NCBI GenBank assembly: GCA_011109175.1
Contig: RDEW01000069.1
Location: 1-38,704 of the forward strand
Length of the DNA: 38,704 bases
From: Dicyema japonicum
Lineage: Eukaryota > Animalia > Dicyemida
Direction of reading: 5' to 3'
The notes beneath the pieces are model-generated. The model saw only the letters and a program-made list of their open reading frames with translations, was not told the origin of the DNA and made no database searches. The position numbers and the translations under genes are program-made. This document shows, piece after piece, positions 1 through 13,619 of the stretch; positions within the stretch are counted from its first letter, which is position 1, and each line of letters opens with the position of its first letter.

Positions 1-949
1 GGGATAAATAAAAAATAAATAAATTACAGACTCTCACTGGCCGATAAACCTAAAATGAGAATTTTCATGAACTATGTAAATGTGGGCCGATGAGAAATTC
101 TTCTTGTGAATGTGGCGACACCTTGTAACCTCATTATGGAGGATTTCTTCAACCACATAGAACTCGGGGCTTTCGTGAACTCTGTCTGGACCAAGATTAT
201 GCCCAATCTGGTGGAAAAGTGAAAACAGTGGACAACCTCGGTAAACTACGGAGGCGAACCAGGAGGAAAATTTCGTGGAGAAAACTGGTAGAGCGGATAG
301 CAAAGACCAGAGCGCAAACGAAACTTTAAGCACCAATATGCTTTTGGATAACGCGGGAGTACTCTTAATAGCTTACTTAAACTAAACTCCCGAAATGAGA
401 TTATTGATATAGTCTGATGGTCCGCTTCTATCGGGGGTACCTAGATTGAGTATAGGACTGAAAATCTTATATCTACGCAACTCCTCTTTTAAAAAGATTT
501 TCAAAGGTGCGAACCTCTTGCACTATTTACCGAAGTCTGAATCTATTAGTTAACTTGCGAAGGGAGACGAAAAATTAAAAATATCTTATAGGGTCAGAGT
601 TACGCTGAAAAGGACAAAGGGAAGAAAAGTGAAAGACTTCTGTATCGGTTAACGTTGAGATGTTGTGGTTTAAGAAAGTATGAGAATTACGGGGAATTCA
701 CTTCATTTTTCCGGTTCTTCACCTGTCCAGGACAGGGTCTAGGCGTAAAACATGTACAAAGAGTTTACAACGATAATTGTACCCGATAATCTTCTGATTT
801 TATAAAAATAAATATCTGGTTCGAGACTATTTTCAAATATTGATCAACGATGACCTCACGTAATTGTTTTTTGTGGAAAACTTAAAGCTTATAAAATATA
901 TTGGTACAACAAATCAAAATGTATGAATGTGCATCAATAGATAACCACA

Positions 950-1600
950 CAAGTTTACTCAAATCATAGTCATGTAGAATCTGTTGACCCTTTCAAACAT
1001 GTTTGGCTCGTTGTAGTGTCATGCATTGGTTCTTCATAAATATTAAATTCACTGTCACAGGCATTGATAAAAACTGGAGGCTGTGCTATTACAGGGATGT
1101 CAACTGTCTCATCAATAGCAATAGAAAAGTGTTCAAATTTAGAGATGCAGCCTTCCACTGTTATTTCAAATCATCCGCCATTTCATCAATCCGTTCAGCA
1201 ACAGTGTTACTGGTCAATGAAATGCCCTTAAATAACTGTGCTTTCTGCGGGCACACGATATCAGTCGTTTTTACCATGCAATGCTTTATGAAATCTCCTT
1301 CACCTTAATATTTGCATCCATGTCGATCATTCGGCTGACTTCATAGCTTGCAATAACATTAGCTACATTGGCTTGCTCTATTTTTGCAGAACATACCTGT
1401 TGCTGTGTCAGCTTTGCTTTCAACTCATTGAGACATGAAACACGCATTAGGCCTTCCTATTTATCGCAAGATCGACAGTTAGTTTCATAATATTTTTTTA
1501 AGTTGTATTATTTTGGTGAGGCAATGCTGTTATTGAAAACTAAGCAATGTATCTATGCATTATCCATTATACAAAAGAACTGCAGTTCACATTTTTCTTA
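950..1600 (-). mobile_element. hAT (SPIN/Buster, GTF2IRD2-like) transposase fragment, degenerate
   Basis: Minus-strand translation gives CLVFNNSIASPK*YNLKKYYETN, GDFIKHCMVKTTDIVCPQKAQLFKGISLTSNTVAERIDEMADDLK and FSIAIDETVDI..AQ..VFI..CDSEFNIYEE..MHDTTT. These are characteristic GTF2IRD2/SPIN transposase blocks, interrupted by stops and frameshifts. Confidence 0.85.
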
Positions 1601-1614
1601 AAATGGCCGGCACG

Positions 1615-1796
1615 AAAAATGATCATTTGCTCTCCCCCACTCCACTGGAGGGATTTCCACAACTGCAAGTATGGACGTCTTTTACCCTTTATGTTGATTC
1701 CGTGTGGACTCTTTCTGTAGAAATGTATACTGGATACACTTAGTTGGTTGTTTACATTAACTTCTTTCTCGGTGTATCCGGGGTTAATAATAATAT
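1615..1796 (+). mobile_element. Short non-autonomous retroelement fragment related to the GIT-ending LINE family
   Basis: The segment catttgctctc...gagggatttccac...tggacg resembles the LINE 5' leader (ccatttgctctc...gaggacttcccactggacg). The 3' part ggatacacttagttggtt...ttctttctcggtgt...cggggttaataataat matches the reverse complement of 38275-38340. Confidence 0.5.
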
Positions 1797-2779
1797 GTGT
1801 AATGTACGTAAACGCTCAGTGCTCTGCCAAACAGGTGGAAGCACGTACATGTAGGTCAGCATCGTTGTTTGTATATAAGGGCGAGCATAAAGTTTAAGTG
1901 TATGAACGTCTTCTGACCACGTAGAACGCTTATAACTCGCCTGTCAAATTTACGACATTGACAGAAATCGACTGCTTTTCTCTGGTGGTCTATTCTAATG
2001 AAGAGAGAATAACCATCCCTGTCGCCGACTATATAACACGCCTGCTTTAAGAGAGCCACGTGATTGATATTCCTGCTCTAAATAGCAACGTTGAGCAGAG
2101 TCCCGATTAAGAAAGGGGCTAAGTCAATCAACAAATAAAATAGTAAATGTCCTAACTGGTCGCCTTATGGCTCACTTGTTTTGGATTTGAATTGTGTTGG
2201 AAGAAGGTCTGTTTGTAAGATTATTCATAAGAAATTTACAATTCTGTTGAATTTTCTGGTTTTGACAGGGCAAGCCTCAATTATTGAATCTCAAAGAGTG
2301 TTATCAAATGACGAATGCTGTCAATGCCAGGTTCAACAAGAATTCTAAAGCCAAACAGTATGGAGGCGAATAATAGTTCGAAATGAGGAACCAACTGGTT
2401 TGGGACACTCGTGTATTGAAGCGCTGTAAACGCAAAGGGAAAAAATACTTCCCACGTGGTAAAAAGTATTTACGTTTCCTAAACCCGATTAGTAATAAAC
2501 AGTAAACGACTATCTATTTTACTGCTATAATTTTTTATTTTACAGATCAATCGCCACGTCATCAAAAAACCTACTTTTCAAGTCTTCCGTGCCGACATGG
2601 ACTCTTTCCAATTTACTTCATATCTGTCCATAATTTGGATACTCTAAAGAGGTTTTTCAACACAAAAAACTGAGAATATGCCCTTATTAGCACGTCAATC
2701 GAAAACTTTAATATTTTAATAACATCGGAACTCATGATATTCAAACAATAAAGAGAGCCTGTCGCAATTTTTTATTTTG

Positions 2780-3560
2780 AAATTATCGGAAGTCGAGCAG
2801 CCTCCCCAGCTTTCAACGCGGAACCAGCAAATCCCGACTGGGAAAGTTGTCGGTAAGAGCCCCATTCAAATTCAAGCATTTCCCCCCAAGAGAAGGGGAA
2901 GACAGTTACCCCGTCTAGACGCTTCCATCTCCACGATCCAGGCCCATCGGTTCCAGAGACGACGTGAATCCAGGCGCCTCAAGAGAGCGCTTTACAACTC
3001 CGTTGATGGCTGCATGCCTCAGAACCGGTCTTACAGACGGCAAGAGAGCGGGTGAAATCTTTTGCAGTCCACAACAGATCTACAACGGTATGGATGAGGC
3101 AGGCACAGGTCGATTGACAATGATGAAATTGCGTTCACTCAAGCAAAGCTATGAGGGGAAGAGGCTGCCAGAATGCAAGCCCTACGATGCAAGTCTTCCG
3201 TTTCCATAAGGGTCGAATGAGTATTGTTGTACAGAATGTTGGTCCAGTTCCTCAGTAGGTGCACATCATGGGGATTCTCTGAAAGCCATCGACCAGCTCT
3301 TCAACCCATCAACAATTTTGTCGTCCGGGGCTGACTTGCAGAAATCTAAAGAATGTTCTGGATGAGAACGCGTTGCACGATAAAAATGACATGAAGGATG
3401 GTAAGGAAACATCCACAACAGAAGTTAGGTCGATGCCCCCAAATCTGACGGGTAAGACAGCTTGCTTAAATCCAATGTTGTCGAAATTTATATTCACAAT
3501 CTCTTCAATACTCTTGGAATGTTGAAATTCTCCATGCTTTCCTGAAAGAGGTAGAATGAT
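2780..3560 (-). mobile_element. CRE-clade (RLE) non-LTR retrotransposon fragment
   Basis: QAVLPVRFGGIDL..VVDVSLPSFMS (post-RT block) and RHAAINGVVKRSLEAPGFTSSLEPMGLDRGDG (start of the restriction-like endonuclease region). Stops and frameshifts are present. Confidence 0.8.
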
Positions 3561-4999
3561 TCCGCTTCCGGACAGAAAGATTATATGTATTTTTTATTTG
3601 AATTATTAAACGAATTAACATAATTTTTTGCATCGGAAACCTCTGTCTTCTATCATTTCGCGTGAATGTACGTCTTACAGAACCATAGCATCGAAATCTG
3701 ATATTCAGCTAACTTGGATACCTCTTGTAGTCCCTAAAAGTTATTTTTATATTATTCTATGCCCACGCATTGATGATAGTCTAATCCCTCAAAAAAGTCG
3801 ATTGCGGACAATCAGACACACAGGGAGACACACAAATTTAAAATTTTTTATAAAATTACAAAACTGGGAGTATATAGTCAATTAAAAAATAAGCGTCCGA
3901 CGTCAAAACTTTTTTGACTATATTAACGGAGACTTTTTTTCCTGGCGAGATTTGTATTCCATTCAGTCATTTTTAAATCAATTTTCTGCTCTCATTTCAG
4001 TTTTGAATGTCAGTCTGAGGGATAAGAAGTAATCCTCAGTTTCTAGTATTCTTCACCCTCTCATCTTTTATCCTCTTCTTTGGTTAGTAAATTTGTAAAG
4101 TCAGGTTAATACTTAAGCTTTTATCGCTTCTGCCTATGACTGATTATAAGTATTTCTCAGGTATATAATAAATGATTCAAGTAAGACACTCATGAATCAT
4201 GAGTTTTCTCTTCACTAAGGTTAACAATCAACCGACATAATTGAAATATATTTTTGTACATCGCTAGAGCTTCTTAAGGTATTCTACACCACTATTATAG
4301 GTAATTTCTATGAAACAACGATTTTCTTAATAAATTACTAAAATTATTTGGGGGTTTATCTTACAGCACTTCCGAATCGTACTTGAAAGCGGAAACTGTT
4401 AGCTCACCAAGGTTAAAATATATTATAGGAATTCGCATTATGGAAGTTTTTAAATTTATAAAGAATGATTTAATTCAACTTTAAAAATTCTGGATTTTTC
4501 AATCAAAATTTTACCTTTCTTGGACCTGAATCAATCATGCGTCTCATTTCAGAACTACGTTCCTCAAAGATTATTCCGGTGAGGATTCCTAAGGTCTCAC
4601 TTCCTTTAGTCCAAAAGCCATCTCCAATACGATCGAGGATACCCTTCGGACAAACTTGATACTGTACTTGATGTGTCTGCTCAGTTTTGCCCGTTATGAG
4701 TTGGGACTCACTCGAGAGTGTCACGGAAGGTACTAACTCGCTGTTAACTTGAAGAGTAACATCAGTATTTTATGGAAGGAACTCATTTCCCTGACTACCA
4801 TACTTTTAACAAATACGGGAGACACAAAGTTCGAACAAGGAAGTATAAGTTCTCCGCCTCAAGACAACTGTTCGTCCAAAGTTGTTCGAAGGTAGGACTC
4901 ATGCAGTCATCATTGCACTTTCTTCAAGTGGACCGTGAAAACCAACTTTCTAGACCTACAGTATTTCGTTGAAGTACTCAATACCCCGATATCCAACAC

Positions 5000-5950
5000 C
5001 ACCGCACAATTTGCTCCCTGTAACTCTCCCCGTCGATGTTAGTTCCCTGAGCCTATTAATCGTTGAAATACTCCCTTTAATAGTGAATTTAGGCCCCAAT
5101 AGCAGTGGCGTTCTCGACGGAATGAAACCTGGTTATCTGAAAGACCTCGGAGGACCCCCGTATATTGTCTTCCGCGATTTGTAAATATTGATTCTATCCC
5201 TGTCAGAAGCTGGTTTATAATTAAATTATGACTAAACCCCTCATTATTCCTTCTTAATAGCAGTCTCAACATACAGAGGCCTACATTACTCTCCCTGCAC
5301 ATCCCTCGTCACACGTTCTGTGATACCCTTGTCAGGAGGACTCTACACTCCATCCCCAAATTCTCTATTGACAAGGACATCGTCAACACAGGTGAAGCCT
5401 GGAACTTTAATAACCTGTTCTTTCCTTCACCCCTGAACACTCAAAGAAGCCTGAACGATTCGAAGATCTATAGTGCATCTAACCAACACTGCCGTGCTTG
5501 TTTATTGTGGGAGGCGTCTTCCGAAGGTAGAGTCCGGCTCAACGCCACTCCATGTGGAGTTTACATAACCTTTTTGGATTATGAATACGTTAAATTGGAA
5601 TCTCATTATGACTAGGATTGAAAGTCTGGGTACCGTATCCATGCGATTCGACCATCTTCCCTTTAAAGCTAGGAAACCTCTCGTAAGGACGTCACCTGCA
5701 CCGACACTTTCGCCCATAGCAATATACATCAAAATTCCTCAAGAGCCACCGAGAAGGCCGAGAGATCAAAACGTGGAATATTATACCCGACGATGTTTTG
5801 ATTGTTCCAACGTCCGGTTCCCTTGCGCATCAACGCTCGAAGTTAGATTAAAAAACGCACTGGAGATATCCACACTGGAGAAAATTGGATTTAAAAACGC
5901 ACTGGAGATGTCCTGATCTCTGAATTTATCGCAGCAATAATTGTTGAATC
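5000..5950 (+). mobile_element. CRE-clade non-LTR retrotransposon, internally deleted and degenerate
   Basis: NSSGVLDGMKPGYLKDL (RT start, cf. SxGGxDGLRPQHLKDL) and, across frameshifts, TIFPFK..KPLV..DVTCTDTFAHSN....SRATEKAERSKR (RLE domain). Confidence 0.7.
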
Positions 5951-6513
5951 TGTGAACAAATAACCCTGGATATATCAGAAAGAGTTAGTCAACGTCTAAC
6001 CAAGGTATATCCATTCCCATGATAAGAGTAAGAGCACCATTTCCAACTATACATCCATTCATATCCGCCATTGTGGGAACACATCCGCTTGAGTAGGGAA
6101 GGGAATGATGCAAATGACAGTCTTTTAAAACCCTCTCAGAATTTTAGCAATTTCCTAAAAAAAGTTGAGGACCATCACGGAATACTATGTCTCAACCATT
6201 ACTTCTTGGAGAACTGTCTCGAATACTTGTTGACTTGGTTATGCCAGATTTTTAATATAATCTCAATTTTGGCAAATTATGAGCGAAGAAGATTCAAGTA
6301 TTATTTTCGAGATTTGTGGATGTTTGCTATGGGGAATGCATAAGCCAGGCAGCTAATCTAATTGATAAATTATTACAAGTCGGTAAGAAAAAAGACTACG
6401 TATAAATTTTCTGACAGCCACGTTTTAGCGAGTTGAAATAATAATATTTTTTAGTGAGAAAGTATATATTTTTTTTTAATAACAAAAATTTTTTTTAACA
6501 ATTAAACAAATGT

Positions 6514-6612
6514 CAGTTGAGGAAGCCTGCTGCGTGGATTGCGAACGAGTTCCCTCGGAGTATGGCTATTCCAATCTTTTGTCTTAGCCATAACCCTTCT
6601 CGTTGATCCCTT
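6514..6612 (-). mobile_element. CRE 3' terminal fragment
   Basis: DQREGLWLRQKIGIAILRGNSFAIHAAGFLN*; close homolog of 14505-14600. Confidence 0.8.
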
Positions 6613-6677
6613 TTAAAAATAATTACTGTAATTAAAATTATGCTTTATTAAAAAATTATTTTTAAATTATATTCGCG

Positions 6678-6765
6678 TGAGTACAGCAGGTTATGTGGGC
6701 GAATCTCGCTCGCCATTCTGAGAGGGAATAGCCACGCAGCCAGGGCGTACGCTGTAAGACCTTTT
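6678..6765 (+). mobile_element. CRE 3' terminal fragment, different subfamily
   Basis: GRISLAILRGNSHAA, matching the conserved QRISxAIxRGN terminal motif of CRE elements. Confidence 0.6.
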
Positions 6766-6849
6766 TGTCTATTTTATTCTGTTTTAACTATACAAAAATT
6801 ATTCGCATATGTCCAACAAAAAGCAATGTCTTGTATAATGTTTTCGAAT

Positions 6850-7280
6850 TCATAATTTCATTTTCCTGAAATAACCATTTAGATGTTTTCGCCATGTCCT
6901 TCTGTGCTTATTTCGTTCGCCATTAAACACAACCTCACATTCTAGTGTATAAATTACAAGCTGTAAACCGCTCAACATTCTGGGTATGTTACTCGTTGCC
7001 GTATCCACAGAGTTGTAGCTGTGATGGACTCGCAGATGATCAAATGCCAGTCTAAGGAAATTTGTGGAATATCCCCTCCAACAGTCCAATACGAGGATCG
7101 ATCATGTCTCCACATTTGTAAGATTGGTATGGTCAGAGTCTCCATATTTATATTGAGGATTGCTTCAAAAAAACATTGTTTAGTTTCTCTGCATGTCCCC
7201 CTTAATACCCATTGCTCAGATAATATTCACACTCTTGTGAGATTTGATCGCTTCTGTGTGATTTTGGGGCAGGTTGAATA
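6850..7280 (-). mobile_element. Merlin / ISXO2(IS1595)-like DDE transposase fragment
   Basis: QWVLRGTCRETKQCFF...TL..PI, then DCWRGY...FDHLRVHHSYNSVDTAT, matching the Merlin WVFGG.CRET / SDCW.AY / H.TVNHS..FVD motifs. Confidence 0.8.
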
Positions 7281-8689
7281 ATTTAATTACTTGGTTCATT
7301 AGCAGGAAAAATAGCGTGAAATATTTAATGAGTAATTATTAGGGCGGAAATTGTCCTATTTGAATGTTAATTAACGATTTTATTTTTCCAGTCGAAATTG
7401 CTGATAAAATGGGTGAATAAATGAGAAATACAATTTGGAAATAATTTAGGCTAATAAAGCCCGCCTTTAAAATGTTATAAATTGAATAATTGTGTTTTGT
7501 GGATTTTCGTGTGTTTTATTGTCTTAAGTCTGGACCATAAGACAACCAGATCTCTGAGATCCAACGAGCCAGACACGACCATATGAAATGGTTGTTAGTG
7601 TCAGGTTTCCTCCACTTGAAGGGACTTGGGGGAATAAATAATAAATTACGGACCATAATGCAAATTACAGAAACGAATCTGCACAAAAAATATTCAATCT
7701 TATGCCAAAGTTTAGTGGGTTAATGTTTGCACGTCGTTGAACCATCCAGAATGTCAAGTCAATAGAATATGCCATGTTTCCGTAATAAAGGAAATTTAGA
7801 GTGAACTGGGAGTTTATCTTGAATACTCGGAATACAAACACACTGAGAATCGATTGAGAGTCGTAAAAGATGATTCTACACCAAATGTAGCGTGTGAGCT
7901 CATATAATTGTTTCTACGCAGAATTCTCGAATATATCAAAATAACAATTTGTGTATAAATATATGGGAGAATATAAAAGATCACAAATGTAGACTTGTCG
8001 AATTTGACACGTGTGAATATTGTTGAGACTCTCATCAGGAACACAATCAGTTTCGTCGATGGTTACCCTCATTTTCGAGCACTTATCATTTGTAATGAAT
8101 TCTATTGTGCTTGGGCCAAAAACTTTGACGTCACCCCAGAAATCGGTTGAATCAGATATTTCTTTCTTTTTTGCTTCTTTTGCTGCACGTTGCTGACTGT
8201 GTTCGTCTATTTTGATTTCTCGGTTCGTTGATGTATTTATATTGACTGATAAGATATCTCATCGAAATATACAAAAAAAACAATTCATCAAGGCACCTGA
8301 TCATTAACAAGTACTTTAAATCTCCTCCAATTCAGTGACTCAAGAATTATTTTACTGAATTCTAAATCAAAAATACCCTAATGCCGACTTTATTCATTCA
8401 GGGATACAATGATTTGCAAAGATCTGATTAGAAGGTTTGGATATTGGTGAATGAGATGCTCTCCATTTCATATTTGTGATTTTCGATGTCTCCTGAGTAA
8501 ATTATGGAAGGGGAAGAGAAGTTATATTAACCTTAAGGAGATGAAGAGAGTATAATTAATTCAAACTACTGCTAAGAGCCACGAGAATTGAATACGTCTA
8601 CCATGTTCTTTTTGAAGAGGATTCTTTTAAATAAACTCAAATTAAACTATTATAACCCCTAGATGGAAAATTACTACTCCTCCAATATA

Positions 8690-8835
8690 AAACGCTTTTC
8701 GTGGAACAACCCTCCCGGTCGACTTACAAAACGATCTAAAAGCCGTGAAGAAAACATTGGCATCTGCTGACGACCTGGACACACTGAGGGACCTAGCTAA
8801 GAACAGAAGAGCTTGGAGCAACGAACTAATTCTCT
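8690..8835 (+). mobile_element. RTE-type LINE 3' coding end
   Basis: TTLPVDLQNDLKAVKKTLASADDLDTLRDLAKNRRAW, matching the RTE terminal LR.LA.DR..W motif. Confidence 0.6.
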
Positions 8836-8889
8836 TATATTTTTTCTGCACATGCGGGGCTATAAATATTATGGCTCTCGTGAAAGTGT

Positions 8890-8990
8890 TAATAATAATA
8901 ATAAAACCCCTGGAACACAGAAAGATGAAAAAGTTATCGTCTAATTAAGTGATCCCGGTGTCAGTGCATCTCCTTATTTTCCAGCCTTGT
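8890..8990 (-). mobile_element. 3' end of a GIT-ending LINE family member
   Basis: ...DTGIT* followed by a short UTR resembling those at 1730-1796 and 38275-38335. Confidence 0.45.
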
Positions 8991-10489
8991 TTGGAATTTT
9001 TCACGTGCCCAAATGGGAGAAGGTTTGTGTTCAAATTTAAGAGCAAACTAAGAAATCAATAACAATTATTGTTTAATTATTATTTTAAATATTTAATTAA
9101 TTTAAAAAAAATAAATAAAAACTGAGTTTATTAAAGAAAGGTTTGTTGTTATTATAAGGTTTGATTATAGCCTACATGCATTGAGTACGCAATTGGAGTT
9201 ACTTCTCATGATCGCGAGCCCAATGTTCTGGAAGAGCCATCGCGTCATTATAGTTCACCTTTCCGATCAACCTGATAAACTCAGTAACCTAAATAGAGGG
9301 CTGTGGTCATTGGGAGATGACAGTGAATAATCAGGTTGAATAATTTAATCACTTCAAGTAATACATTTCTAAGGTAGAACTGACGTGAAAAAATATATTT
9401 AGTCCCATTTCTTTGAATGAACAAATTTAGATGTTGAAATTAAAATTCATAAATTATAGAAAGACAAGTCCCTTCTAGTATACAAGCCCATCCAGAACCA
9501 GAAAAAATGTCACATTTTTGGAGTTGGGTAACTCCTATATAAGGACAATAGAGACAAGGTTAGTTGGCGCATTATAATGCTAGTATTTGACGATAATATT
9601 CAATTTAAATAAAATTTATAATCATTAATTCCTACTGAGGTGCGATTCTTACACCTAATATCGTCTCTATTAATAATTTCCAGGATTAATCTAAACGATT
9701 TTTCTGTTTGATGAAGTGTGGTCATGGGCGCAGTGTAACGAGTGACGGGCAAAAGGCTTGATGGCTCCTAGTTCGGATCTCGCTGCTGTACATTCATCTA
9801 CGATGCTTTGGCTTGACTAGTGACGCCATCATTAATCAACATCTCACTGCGGAACCGGATCGTCTACAAGAGGACTCACACCCCAGAAAAAGAGAAGTGA
9901 AGAGCATTCCTTGGTTCTCCCTCATAGATTAGTTATGATAACTGCTCTTTACTTAAAATAAAGTGTGTGCCCCTTCTGGGAGGAGCTATAACTAATACGG
10001 CTCTTCGTAAAGTGCAGTGTCGATGAATTTAATCCATCAGTAAGGGATGTCGCCTATATCGACTCTATCCCCTACTAACATCATCGAAATCGCGGTGAAG
10101 GGGTCCTCAACTGCAGAAAAAGCGGAATCATTTCCGGAAATGACTTGCTCTATTGTTACGTCCCTTGAATAGTGTTGACCGCATGGAAACATGGATCACA
10201 TAAGCTAAGTGATCCAACAGAATAATACTTCGAGTCATGGAAATTCGTTGATGAAACGAAAATTCTAAGGATTACAGGAAGATCAAATTAACTGATAGAA
10301 AATCCCTTAGTGATGGAACCAGCACCGCCTTGCCTGCAAGTTATTTGGAGCTGTTCCCTTGATTTAGACCTAGCCCAACGCCAATCCAAGCGGACCACTG
10401 GGAACGTTTCTAGACGAAGATTCCTTTAAATTGGAGTTTCACTACGTCTTGGACTTAATTTTGCGTAGAACATCCGTGCCAGATCGACT

Positions 10490-10705
10490 ATGGTCTGCCT
10501 CTACTCGCCTGTAGGTGGAATAAAATATGTAATGATAATTTGGACCTACATCTCCCCCTCTCTTGAAGTGGAAGTCTGGAATAGACTATTGGAGTTTGGA
10601 TTCAGTCGGCACAAGCAGACCTTTCCCTTAGATTCCTTCACTAGATTAATTAGTTGTGACTGTCTGTGCAGGGCTCACCAACAAGACTAAAGTGAAATAA
10701 ATAAT
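10490..10705 (+). mobile_element. 3' half of a putative SINE
   Basis: Homologous to 20090-20283 (shared gtcggcacaagcagac, gattaat.agttgtgac); ends in aaataaataataat. Confidence 0.6.
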
Positions 10706-10859
10706 GTTATCCGAATAGTTGAATCAATGTAAACAAAAGTGATACTTTAACTTTATTTTGAATGTTGCACGTGTAATTCATTTAAAGGGACTCACAGTGT
10801 CTTACAACATTGTTTTCGAATACTATTTTTTGTCCTCTCCTTATTTTTATGGCACGCTG

Positions 10860-11920
10860 TATAATCATTAATTCCTACTTCTCCTCACGAGTTCCTCGAA
10901 CGGGTTGGTTTTAATGACGAGGAGGATCTTTGTAGGGTTTTCGTTACTGTCTCTTGGAAAGAGTTTTTTTTTAGGTTGGGGTTGGAGATGTTAGTACCTT
11001 ATGCCGCGCAACAGTAACTGATTGACGGAAGTATATATTGGTAGTAGAGATGATCTAATGTTGGGTGGAACCATCTCTTGTAGTATCCAAGTAGCGTTTT
11101 TACAAAGTTTAATTTTCTCTGGGAAGAGGATATTATGTTGCTCACATGTTTGCTGAAGGTCATTAGTGGGTCATATGTGACCCCCAGTATTTTGGTTGAA
11201 TTTGTGGAGGGGATTGTTATTCCATTTAGAGTCAATGGAGGCGCCGAGTTAGTCAATCTTCTATTGGAAGTAAAGATCATAGAGCACGACTTTTCAGGAC
11301 TTGTGTGTAGTTGGTTCCTCGTAAGCCAACAGTTTAGGTTTTCCAGTGAATCTTGGTACCCGCTGTGTGGATGCACTGACTCTTGTTCACCGATTAAGTC
11401 GTCGGTGTAAGCAAGGAATAGGGTATCGTTGCAGCTGTAGGAAGGCATGTCGCTCATGAATAGGTTGAATAGAATGGAAGAGAGGGGGATCCTTGCGGGA
11501 CTCCGTTCAATAGAAATTTAGTGATTGAAGATGTGAAATGGAAAATTACTTTTTCTCTTCGTCTGTTGAGGAAGTTAGCGAGCTAAATTTTCAGGTTGTT
11601 CAGAATGTTAGAGCCATAGATCTTCCCAGTGAGCAGTTTCCTCAGTATTGAGTCAAAAGCCTTCTGTATGTCAATGAACACATAATGGTCTTTTGATGCC
11701 GAGGTTTGCGTTGAAGGCCTTCTTTGACGAATTTTGTCAGGCAAGTAAGGTGGGTAGTTGTCGAACGAGCCTTCTTAAATCCATGTTGGAAGGAAGGATA
11801 CGTCTGGGAGGTAAGGTTTAATCTGATTGAGAATGAGTTTTCCAGGATTTTGGAGGTGGCACACAGGAGGGATATTGGTCTGTACGAAGCTGGTGAGTCC
11901 TTCAACCGTCCAGGTTTTAG
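10860..11920 (-). pseudogene. 5'-truncated APE-type LINE RT (same family as 26000-29027)
   Basis: KPG..KDSPASYRPISLLCATSKILE, FQHGFKKARSTTT, NGVPQG, YTDD, KILGVTYD and LYYQYILPSISYCCAA, with frameshifts. Confidence 0.9.
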
Positions 11921-12149
11921 GTAAAATTTTTAGTTTGAAATTTTGATTTTTAATAAAATTATTGAAAAAGATTAATAAAAATAAATTTTTTTAATAATGT
12001 GTGGTCAATTTGAGAATTGGCACTATTGCTTCAATTAGAGAACATATTAACCAATTTCTGTATGGGTTTTAATAGGCTAATTTTTTTGATGATTCCAAAA
12101 AGGGGTAAAAAGATCTTTCGGAACTCCATCCATGAGTCTCCAGCACTTT

Positions 12150-13440
12150 TAAATTATTACATGTTTCATCCTCAGCTATTTGATAACAATGATGTAGCCA
12201 GTTATTTGGTAAACTCTTCTATTTCACACAAAGTAGACTATAAGACTTTACTTCGACCATAAGTCACTCAGTTAAATGGTCATTATCTAAAATAGAGGTT
12301 CCTATCGAAGCTCTGTATTACAAAGGCCCGAGATCCTAAAAACTACGAATGCCTGGTTGACAGTTCATTTTGAACAGGTCGCTGTCGAAAATCAGGGTCA
12401 TTGGAAGCAGATCCCTAACGCTGTTAAACCTCATTGGATTTCTTACCGGGAAGAGGAAAATGGATAAGCGAAAGAGGAGTAGTTTTATTAAGTGCATTTA
12501 CCTACAAATGGTAGAGGAAATCACCAGCCACGCTTAAATGAAAGATAAGTTTAGCTATTTTTGACTTTTTGTGTTTTTTTTGTTTTAGTAAATGAGGACA
12601 AAATCGTTGTTGTCAAAATCTTTCTGAGTAAGACCCGCTCGCCTAGTGTAATCCCTCTTTGGTTGAGGATAAATTAAGATCTCTTTACTTAGCCAATACC
12701 ACTGGGACCTTACGTGAGAATTGAAAATCTCTTGGAATCTGTGTTCGCCGCTTCATACGTGGAATTAACAATTTAACCAACTTTTTGTCTATTTTGCGCT
12801 AAATTAAACTACCAATCTATCCACGTGGTTACATTATCTTTTGGCCTGGACAAAATACCAGGCTCTTCCTCTAAAAAGGTAGGAAATACTTTTCTTGGGA
12901 CGCCACGTTCGTTAATGTTTCCCCCTCAATCCTTACGCTGCCAACTACTCACACAGGATCAGCCTTATGAAGTCCGAAACTTTTGAAAAAATAGAACGTA
13001 TTTCCACACAAATTGTAAGAGAAAGTGTGACCTAATCAATACGGCGTCATCTATTCAAGCCACAATTCAGCGTCATGATCATCTATGACGCCTGCACCTC
13101 TCATTTATTGACAAAAAAGTTGAAGAAAAAAATTACCTTACAGATGGAATAGCCACCGAGGATCGCCTCAAACAAGTTGAGGTGGAAAAGTTTATCTAAT
13201 ATGAGCTCTTTGCATGAGAAGTCTCGATCATGTATGACACCCAAGTAAGAATTGCATGGTGGTGGGAAAAAATCGCCTAAAAATGTTTCAGGAATTATAC
13301 GAGTAAGTTCAGTTCGGGCATACATCAATTCAGTCGCGCTTAAAAAAACTCTTGAAAGTACAATCATCAGACGTAGACATGGGATTAAAGTCCCTGAGGA
13401 TGAATTCACCTTTGATCTAAGCAAACTGGTGGAACTGACA
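12150..13440 (+). mobile_element. R4/Dong-like RLE non-LTR retrotransposon, degenerate 3' half
   Basis: Across frameshifts: FIDKK....DGIATEDRLKQVEVEKFI*YELFA and VRAYINSVALKKTLESTIIRRRHG (RLE end). Weaker upstream blocks include SKLCITK and CIYL..GRG. Confidence 0.65.
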
Positions 13441-13619
13441 TGTGATTATTATAAGGACACTACATTGAATATTAGCTGAGGAGAGGTGACTGATTTGTGT
13501 AAGGATGGAGGGAATAAAGATTTGTGGGCAGTTAACTTCTCTAAAAGGAGAAGAATGTTTTCCAATGTTAGGATGGATAAAAAGATAGATTTTAATAAAG
13601 TGTTTTTAAATTAAAATTA

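Noticed and set aside
10490-10690. Minus-strand translation faintly resembling an RNA-virus L protein tail
   Set aside because: The segment is homologous to 20090-20283 with frame-breaking indels and ends in an A-rich tail on the plus strand, so a SINE body explains it better.
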